Assembly: GCA_964016885.1 (NCBI GenBank)
Contig: OZ024740.1
Coordinates: forward strand, 419,678,001 to 419,742,000
Length of the DNA: 64,000 nt
Source of the DNA: Eledone cirrhosa
Taxonomy: Eukaryota
Direction of reading: 5' to 3'
In this document: piece by piece, positions 53,501 to 64,000 of the stretch
Layout of the letters: every line of letters starts with the position of its first letter
Position numbering within the stretch: position 1 is the first letter of the stretch
Translations under genes and position numbers: made by a program
Notes under the pieces: generated by a model
Database searches by the model: none
Seen by the model: the letters and a program-made list of their open reading frames with translations, nothing else
What the model was told of the DNA's origin: nothing

Positions 53501-56500
53501 CCTATCTTTATTACATGACATCTACCAGCCCCATTAACCTTCCTCACCTATCTCTATTACATGACATCTACCAGCCCCATTAACCTTTCTCACCTATCTC
53601 TATTACATGACATCTACCAGCCCCTGTAACCTTTCTCACCTATCTTTATTACATGACATCTACCAGCCCCATTAACCTTCCTCATCTATCTCTATTACAT
53701 GACATCTACCAGCCCCATTAACCTTTCTCACCTATCTCTATTACATGACATCTACCAGCCCCATTAACCTTTCTCACCTATCTCTATTACATGACATCTA
53801 CCAGCCCCATTAACCTTCCTCACCTATCTCTATTACATGACATCTACCAGCCCCATTAACCTTTCTCACCTATCTTTATTACATGACATCTACCAGCCCA
53901 TTAACCTTCCTCGCCTATCTCTATTACATGACATCTACCAGCCCCATTAACCTTTCTCACCTATCTCTATTACATGACATCTACCAGCCCCATTAACCTT
54001 CCTCACCTATCTTTATTACATGACATCTACCAGCCCCATTAACCTTCCTCACCTATCTATATTACATGACATCTACCAGCCCCATTAACCTTCCTCACCT
54101 ATCTCTATTACATTGACATCTACCTGCCCCATTAACCTTTCTCACCTATCTCTATTACATGACATCTACCAGCCCCATTAACCTTTCTCACCTATCTCTA
54201 TTACATGACATCTACCAGCCCCATTAACCTTTCTCACCTATCTCTATTACATGACATCTACCACCCCCATTAACCTTTCTCACCTATCTCTATTACATGA
54301 CATCTACCAGCCCCATTAACCTTTCTCACCTATCTTTATTACATGACATCTACCATCCCCATTAACCTTCCTCACCTATCTCTATTACATGACATCTACC
54401 AGCCCCATTAACCTTTCTTACCTATCTCTATTAAATGACATCTTCCAGCCCCATTAACCTTTCTTACCTATCTCTATTACATGACATCTACCAGCCCCAT
54501 TAACCTTCGTCACCTATCTCTATTACATGCCATCTACCAGCCCCATTAACCTTCATAACCTATCTCTATTACATGACATCTACCAGCCCCATTAACCTTC
54601 CTCACCTATCTCTATTACAGGACATCTACCAGCCCCATTAATCTTCCTCACCTATCTCTATTACATGACATCTACCAGCCCCATTAACCTTCCTCACCTA
54701 TCTCTATTACATGATATCTACCAGCCCCATTAACCTTTCTCACCTATCTCTATTACATGACATCTACCAGCCCCATTAACCTTTTTCACCTATCTCTATT
54801 ACATGACATCTACCAGCCCCATTAACCTTCCTCACCTATCTTTATTACATGACATCTACCGGCCCCATTAACCTTCCTCACCTATCCCTATTACATGACA
54901 TCTACCAGCCCCATTAACCTTTCTCACCTATCTCTATTACATGACATCTACCAGCCCCTGTAACCTTTCTCACCTATCTTTATTACATGACATCTACCAG
55001 CCCCATTAACCTTCCTCACCTATCTCTATTACATGACATCTACCAGCCCCATTAACCTTTCTCACCTATCTCTATTACATGACATCTACCAGCCCCTGTA
55101 ACCTTTCTCACCTATCTTTATTACATGACATCTACCAGCCCCATTAACCTTCCTCATCTATCTCTATTACATGACATCTACCAGCCCCATTAACCTTTCT
55201 CACCTATCTCTATTACATGACATCTACCAGCCCCATTAACCTTTCTCACCTATCTCTATTACATGACATCTACCAGCCCCATTAACCTTCCTCACCTATC
55301 TCTATTACATGACATCTACCAGCCCCATTAACCTTCATCACCTATCTCTATTACATGTCATCTACCATCCCCATTAACCTTTCTCACCTATCTCTATTAC
55401 ATGACATCTACCAGCCCCATTAACCTTCCTCACCTATCTCTATTACATGACATCTACCAGCCCCATTAACCTTTCTGACCTATCTCTATTACATGACATC
55501 TACCAGCCCCATTAACCTTCCTCACCTATCTCTATTACATGACATCTACCATCTCCATTGACCTTTCTCACCTATCTCTATTAAATGACATCTACCAGCC
55601 CCATTAACCTTCCTCACCTATCTCTATTAAATGACATCTACCAGCCCCATTAACCTTCCTCACCTATCTCTATTACATGACATCTACCAGCCCCATTAAC
55701 CTTCCTCACCTATCTCTATTACATGACATCTACCAGCCCCATTAACCTTTCTCACCTATCTCTATTACATGACATCTACCAGCCCCATTAACCTTCCTCA
55801 CCTATCTCTATTACATGACATCTACCAGCCCCATTAACCTTTCTCACCTATCTCTATTACATGACATCTACCAGCCCCATTAACCTTTCTCACCTATCTC
55901 TATTACATGACATCTACCAGCCCCATTAACCTTCATCACCTATCTCTATTACATGTCATCTACCATCCCCATTAACCTTTCTCACCTATCTCTATTACAT
56001 GACATCTACCAGCCCCATTAACCTTCCTCACCTATCTCTATTACATGACATCTACCAGCCCCATTAACCTTTCTGACCTATCTCTATTACATGACATCTA
56101 CCAGCCCCATTAACCTTCCTCACCTATCTCTATTACATGACATCTACCATCTCCATTGACCTTTCTCACCTATCTCTATTAAATGACATCTACCAGCCCC
56201 ATTAACCTTCCTCACCTATCTCTATTACATGACATCTACCAGCCCCATTAACCTTTCTCACCTATCTCTATTACATGACATCTACCAGCCCCATTAACCT
56301 TCCTCACCTATCTCTATTACATGACATCTACCAGCCCCATTAACCTTCCTCACCTATCTCTATTACATGACATCTACCAGCCCCATTACCCTTTCTCACC
56401 TATCTTTATTACATGTGATCTACCACCCCCATTAACCTTCCTCACCTATCTCTATTACATGACATCTACCAGCTCCATTAACCTTCCTCACCTATCTCTA

Positions 56501-59500
56501 TTACATGACATCTACCAGCCCCATTAACCTTCCTCACCTATCTCTATTACATGACATCTACCAGCCCCATTAACCTTTCTCACCTATCTCCATTACATGA
56601 CATCTACCAGCCCCATTAACCTTTCTCACCTACCTTTATTACATGACATCTACCAGCCCCATTAACCTACCTCACCTATCTCTATTACATGACATCTACC
56701 AGCCCCATTAACCTTTCTCACCTATCTTTATTACATGACATCTACCAGCCCCATTAACCTACCTCACCTATCTCTATTACATGACATCTACCAGCCCCAT
56801 TAACCTTCCTCACCTATCTCTATTACATGACATCTACCAGACCCATTAACCTACCTCACCTATCTCTATTACATGACATCTACCAGCCCCATTAACCTTT
56901 CTCACCTATCTCTATTACATGACATCTACCAGACCCATTAACCTTCCTCACCTATCTCTATTACATGACATCTACCAGCCCCATTAACCTTCCTCACCTA
57001 TCTATATTACATGACATCTACCAGCCCCAGTAACCTTCCTCACCTATCTCTATTACATGACATCTACCAGCCCCATTAACCTTCCTCACCTATCTCTATT
57101 ACATGACATCTACCATCCCCATTAACCTTTCTCACCTATCTTTATTACATGGCATCTACCAGCCCCATTGACCTTCCTCACCTATCTCTATTACATGTCA
57201 TCTACCAGCCCCATTAACCTTCCCCACCTATCTTTATTACATGACATCTACCAGCCCCATTAACCTTTCTCACCTATCTCTATTACATGACATCTACCAG
57301 CCCCATTAACCTTCCTCACCTATCTCTATTACATGACATCTACCAGCCCCATTAACCTTTCTCACCTATCTTTATTACATGACATCTACCAGCCCCATTA
57401 ACCTTCCTCACCTATCTCTATTACATGACATCTACCAGCCCCATTAACCTTCCTCACCTATCTCTATTACATGACATCTACCAGCCCCATTAACCTTTCT
57501 TACCTATCTCTATTACATGACATCTACCAGCCCCATTAACCTTTCTTACCTATCTCTATTACAGGACATCTACCAGCCCCATTAACCTTCCTCACCTATC
57601 TCTATTAAATGACATCTACCAGCCCCATTAACCTTTCTTACCTATCTCTATGACATGACATCTACCAGCCCCATTAACCTTCCTCACCTATCTCTATTAC
57701 ATTGACATCTACCTGTCCCATTAACCTTTCTCACCTATCTCTATTACATGACATCTACCAGCCCCATTAACCTTTCTCACCTATCTCTATTACATGACAT
57801 CTACCACCCCCATTAACCTTTCTCACCTATCTTTATTACATGACATCTACCACCCCTATTAACCTTCCTCACCTATCTCTATTACATGACATCTACCAGC
57901 CCCATTAACCTTCCTCACCTATCTCTATTACATGACATCTACCAGCCCCATTAACCTTCCTCACCTATCTCTATTACATGACATGTACCAGCCCCATTAA
58001 CCTTTCTCACCTATCTCTATTACATGACATCTACCAGCCCCATTAACCTTTCTCACCTATCTCTATTACATGACATCTATCAGCCCCATTAACCTTCCTC
58101 ACCTATCTCTATTACATGACATCTATCAGCCCCATTAACTTTTCTCACCTATCTTTATTACATGACATCTACCATCTCCATTAACCTTCCTCACCTATCT
58201 CTATTACATGACATCTACCAGCCCCATTAACCTTTCTTACCTATCTCTATTACATGACATCTTCCAGCCCCATTAACCTTTCTTACCTATCTCTATTACA
58301 TGACATCTACCAGCCCCATTAACCTTCCTCACCTATCTCTATTACATGACATCTACCAGCCCCATTAACCTTCCTCACCTATCTTTATTACATGACATCT
58401 ACCAGCCCAATTAACCTTTCTCACCTATCTTTATTACATGACATCTACCAGCCCCATTAACCTTCCTCACCTATCTCTATTACATGACATCTACCAGCCC
58501 CATTAACCTTCCTCACCTATCTCTATTACATGACATCTACCAGCCCCATTAACCTTCCTCACCTATCTCTATTATATGACATCTACCAGCCGCATTAACC
58601 TTTCTCACCTATCTCTATTACATGATATCTACCAGCCCCATTAACCTTTCTCACCTATCTCTATTACATGACATCTACCAGCCCCATTAACCTTCCTCAC
58701 CTATCTCTATTACATGACATCTACCAGCCCCATTAACCTTTCTCACCTATCTTTATTACATGACATCTACCAGCCCCATTAACCTTCCTCACCTATCTCT
58801 ATTACATGACATCTACCAGCCCCATTAACCTTCCTCACCTATCTCTATTACATGACATCTACCAGCCCCATTAACCTTTCTTACCTATCTCTATTACATG
58901 ACATCTACCAGCCCCATTAACCTTCCTCACCTATCTCTATTATATGACATCTACCAGCCCCATTAACCTTTCTTACCTATCTCTATGACATGACATCTAC
59001 CAGCCCCATTAACCTTCCTCACCTATCTCTATTACATTGACATCTACCTGCCCCATTAACCTTTCTCACCTATCTCTATTACATGACATCTACCAGCCCC
59101 ATTAACCTTCCTCACCTATCTCTATTACATGACACCTACCAGCCCCATTAACCTTCCTCACCTATCTCTATTACATGACATCTACCAGCCCCATTAACTT
59201 TTCTCACCTATCTCTATTACATGACATCTACCAGCCCCATTAACCTTTCTCACCTATCTTTATTACATGACATCTACCAGCCCCATTAACCTTCCTCACC
59301 TATCTCTATTACATGACATCTACCAGCCCCATTAACCTTTCTCACCTATCTCTATTACATGACATCTACCAGCCCCATTAACCTTTCTCACCTATCTCTA
59401 TTACATGACATCTACCAGCCCCATTAACCTTCCTCACCTATCTCTATTACATGACATCTACCAGCCCCATTAACCTTCCTCACCTATCTCTATTACATGA

Positions 59501-62500
59501 CATCTACCAGCCCCATTAACCTTCATCACCTATCTCTATTACATGTCATCTACCATTCCCATTAACCTTTCTCACCTATCTCTATTACATGACATCTACC
59601 AGCCCCATTAACCTTCCTCACCTATCTCTATTACATGACATCTACCAGCCCCATTAACCTTTCTGACCTATCTCTATTACATGACATCTACCAGCCCCAT
59701 TAACCTTCCTCACCTATCTCTATTACATGACATCTACCATCCCCATTAACCTTTCTTACCTATCTCTATTAAATGACATCTACCAGCCCCATTAACCTTC
59801 CTCACCTATCTCTATTACATGACATCTACCAGCCCCATTAACCTTTCTCACCTATCTTTATTACATGTGATCTACCACCCCCATTAACCTTCCTCACCTA
59901 TCTCTATTACATGACATCTACCAGCTCCATTAACCTTCCTCACCTATCTCTATTACATGACATCTACCAGCCCCATTAACCTTTCTCACCTACCTTTATT
60001 ACATGACATCTACCAGCCCCATTAACCTTTCTCACCTATCTCTATTACATGACATCTACCAGCCCCATTAACCTTCCTCACCTATCTTTATTACATGACA
60101 TCTACCAGCCCCATTAACCTTCCTCACCTATCTCTATTACATGATATCTACCAGCCCCATTAACCTTCCTCACCTATCTCTATTACATGACATCTACCAG
60201 CCCCTATAACCTTTCTCACCTATCTTTATTACATGACATCTACCAGCCCCATTAACCTTCCTCACCTATCTCTATTACATGACATCTACCAGCCCCATTA
60301 ACCTTCCTCACCTATCTCTATTACATGACATCTACCAGCCCCATTAACCTTCCTCACCTATCTCTATTACATGACATCTACCAGCCCCATTAACCTTTCT
60401 CACCTATCTCTATTACATAACATCTACCAGCCCCATTAACCTTTCTCACCTATCTCTATTACATGACATCTACCAGCCCCATTAACCTTCCTCACCTATC
60501 TCTATTACATGACATCTACCATCCCCATTAACCTTTCTTACCTATCTCTATTAAATGACATCTACCAGCCCCATTAACCTTCCTCACCTATCTCTATTAC
60601 ATGACATCTACCAGCCCCATTAACCTTTCTCACCTATCTTTATTACATGTGATCTACCACCCCCATTAACCTTCCTCACCTATCTCTATTACATGACATC
60701 TACCAGCTCCATTAACCTTCCTCACCTATCTCTATTACATGACATCTACCAGCCCCATTAACCTTTCTCACCTATCTTAATTACATGACATCTACCAGCC
60801 CCATTAACCTTTCTCACCTATCTTTATTACATGACATCTACCAGCCCCATTAACCTTTCTCACCTATCTTTATTACATGACATCTACCAGCCCCATTAAC
60901 CTTTCTCACCTATCTCTATTACATGACATCTACCAGCCCCATTAACCTTCCTCACCTATCTCTATTACATGACATCTACCACCCCCATTAACCTTCCTCA
61001 CCTATCTCTATTACTTAACATCTACCAGCCCCATTAACCTTTCTCACCTATCTTTATTACATGACATCTACCACCCCCATTAACCTTCCTCACCTGTCTC
61101 TATTACTTGACATCTACCAGCCCCATTAACCTTTCTCACCTATCTCTATTACATGACATCTACCAGCCCCATTAACCTTCCTCACCTATCTCTATTACAT
61201 GACATCTACCACCCCCATTAACCTTCCTCACCTATCTCTATTACTTGACATCTACCAGCCCCATTAACCTTTCTCACCTATCTCTATTACATGACATCTA
61301 CCAGCCCCATTAACCTTCCTCACCTATCTCTATTACATGACATCTACCATCCCCATTAACCTTTCTCACCTATCTTTATTACATGACATCTACCAGCCCC
61401 ATTAACCTTTCTCACCTATCTTTATTACATGACATTTACCAGCCCCATTAACCTTCCTCACCTATCTCTATTACATGACATCTACCAGCCCCATTAACCT
61501 TTCTCACCTATCTCTATTACATGACATCTACCATCCCCATTAACCTTTCTCACCTATCTTTATTACATGACATCTACCAGCCCCATTAACCTTTCTCACC
61601 TATCTCTATTACATGACATCTACCACCCCCATTAACCTTCCTCACCTATCTCTATTACATGACATCTACCACCCCCATTAACCTTCCTCACCTATCTCTA
61701 TTACATGACATCTACCAGCCCCATTAACCTTTCTCACCTATCTCTATTACATGACATCTACCAGCCCCATTAACCTTCCTCACCTATCTCTATTACATGA
61801 CATCTACCACCCCCATTAACCTTCCTCACCTATCTCTATTACTTGACATCTACCAGCCCCATTAACCTTTCTCACCTATCTTTATTACATGACATCTACC
61901 AGCCCCATTAACCTTCCTCACCTATCTCTATTACATGACATCTACCAGCCCCATTAACCTTTCTCACCTATCTCTATTACATGACATCTACCAGCTCCAT
62001 TAACCTTCCTCACCTATCTCTATTACATGACATCTACCAGCCCCATTAACCTTTCTCACCTATCTTTATTACATGACATCTACCAGCCCCATTAACCTTT
62101 CTCACCTATCTCTATTACATGACATCTACCAGCCCCATTAACCTTCCTCACCTATCTTTATTACATGACATCTACCAGCCCCATTAACCTTCCTCACCTA
62201 TCTCTATTACATGACATCTACCAGCCCCATTAACCTTCCTCACCTATCTCTATTACATGACATCTACCAGCCCCATTAACCTTCCTCACCTATCTCTATT
62301 ACATGTCATCTACCATCCCCATTAACCTTTCTCACCTATCTCTATTACATGACATCTACCAGCCCCATTAACCTTCCTCACCTATCTCTATTACATGACA
62401 TCTACCAGCCCCATTAACCTTTCTGACCTATCTCTATTACATGACATCTACCAGCCCCATTAACCTTTCTCACCTATCTCTATTACATGTGATCTACCAG

Positions 62501-64000
62501 CCCCATTAACCTTTCTCACCTATCTCTATTACATGACATCTACCAGCCCCATTAACCTTCCTCACCTATCTCTATTACATGACATCTAGCAGCCCCATTA
62601 ACCTTCCTCACCTATCTTTATTACATGACATCTACCATCCCCATTAACCTTTCTCACCTATCTCTGTTACATGACATCTACCAGCCCCATTAACCTTTCT
62701 CACCTATCTTAATTACATGACATCTACCAGCCCCATTAACCTTTCTCACCTATCTTTATTACATGACATCTACCAGCCCCATTAACCTTTCTCACCTATC
62801 TTTATTACATGACATCTACCAGCCCCATTAACCTTTCTCACCTATCTCTATTACATGACATCTACCAGCCCCATTAACCTTTCTCACCTATCTTTATTAC
62901 ATGACATCTACCAGCCCCATTAACCTTCCTCACCTATCTCTATTACATGACATCTACCAGCCCCATTAACCTTTCTCACCTATCTCTATTACATGACATC
63001 TACCATCCCCATTAACCTTTCTCACCTATCTTTATTACATGACATCTACCAGCCCCATTAACCTTTCTCACCTATCTCTATTACATGACATCTACCACCC
63101 CCATTAACCTTCCTCACCTATCTCTATTACATGACATCTACCAGCCCCATTAACCTTTCTCACCTATCTCTATTACATGACATCTACCAGCCCCATTAAC
63201 CTTCCTCACCTATCTCTATTACATGACATCTACCACCCCCATTAACCTTCCTCACCTATCTCTATTACATGACATCTACCAGCCCCATTAACCTTTCTCA
63301 CCTATCTCTATTACATGACATCTACCAGCCCCATTAACCTTCCTCACCTATCTCTATTACATGACATCTACCACCCCCATTAACCTTCCTCACCTATCTC
63401 TATTACTTGACATCTACCAGCCCCATTAACCTTTCTCACCTATCTTTATTACATGACATCTACCAGCCCCATTAACCTTCCTCACCTATCTCTATTACAT
63501 GACATCTACCAGCCCCATTAACCTTTCTCACCTATCTCTATTACATGACATCTACCAGCTCCATTAACCTTTCTCACCTATCTCTATTACATGACATCTA
63601 CCAGCCCCATTAACCTTTCTCACCTATCTCTATTACATGACATCTACCAGCCCCATTAACCTTTCTCACCTATCTCTATTACATGACATCTACCAGCCCC
63701 ATTAACCTTTCTCACCTATCTCTATTACATGATATCTACCAGCTCCATTAACCTTTCTCACCCATCTCTATTACATGACATCTACCAGCCCCATTAACCT
63801 TTCTCACCTATCTCTATTACATGACATCTACCAGCCCCATTAACCTTTCTCACCTATCTCTATTACATGACATCTACCAGCCCCATTAACCTTTCTCACC
63901 TATCTCTATTACATGACATCTACCAGCTCCATTAACCTTCCTCACCTATCTTTATTACATGACATCTACCAGCCCCATTAACCTTCCTCACCTATCTCTA
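26552..64000. repeat. 46-bp tandem satellite array (~814 monomers, runs off the window end)
   Basis: Consensus ATTACATGACATCTACCAGCCCCATTAACCTTYCTCACCTATCTYT repeated head-to-tail with no visible interruption. Rare 45- and 47-bp variants. The consensus has no CpG and the + strand is strongly C/T-rich. Confidence 0.99.

Noticed and set aside
26552-64000. CRISPR array or telomeric repeat
   Set aside because: No unique spacers and eukaryotic context. CCCCATTAACC only loosely resembles CCCTAA and there are no tandem telomeric hexamers.

Overview
AT-rich, repeat-dominated eukaryotic genomic DNA, most likely a coleoid cephalopod (octopus-like), inferred from the tRNA-SINE, (GAT)n-tailed retroposon and microsatellite content. 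The only recognisable host coding sequence is one 138-bp internal exon (23294-23431, +) of ASCC3 (Ski2-like helicase, C-terminal cassette), so the rest of the window is probably intron. Bases 1-26.5 kb are a mosaic of SINEs, RTE/CR1/R4-Dong LINE relics, piggyBac- and mariner-type MITEs, minisatellites and (TA)n/(CA)n tracts. Bases 26552-64000 are one uninterrupted 46-bp satellite (~814 monomers) with nested higher-order periods. The most notable unannotated signal is a set of short non-coding elements embedded in (TA)n tracts. Several carry type I hammerhead-ribozyme motifs (best at 4181-4246 -, 12148-12213 -, 12938-13014 +) and several form long fold-back inverted repeats, consistent with non-autonomous Penelope-like elements or retrozymes. 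The long ORFs in the supplied track are repeat artefacts. All family assignments are by eye and from recalled motifs; no searches were run.
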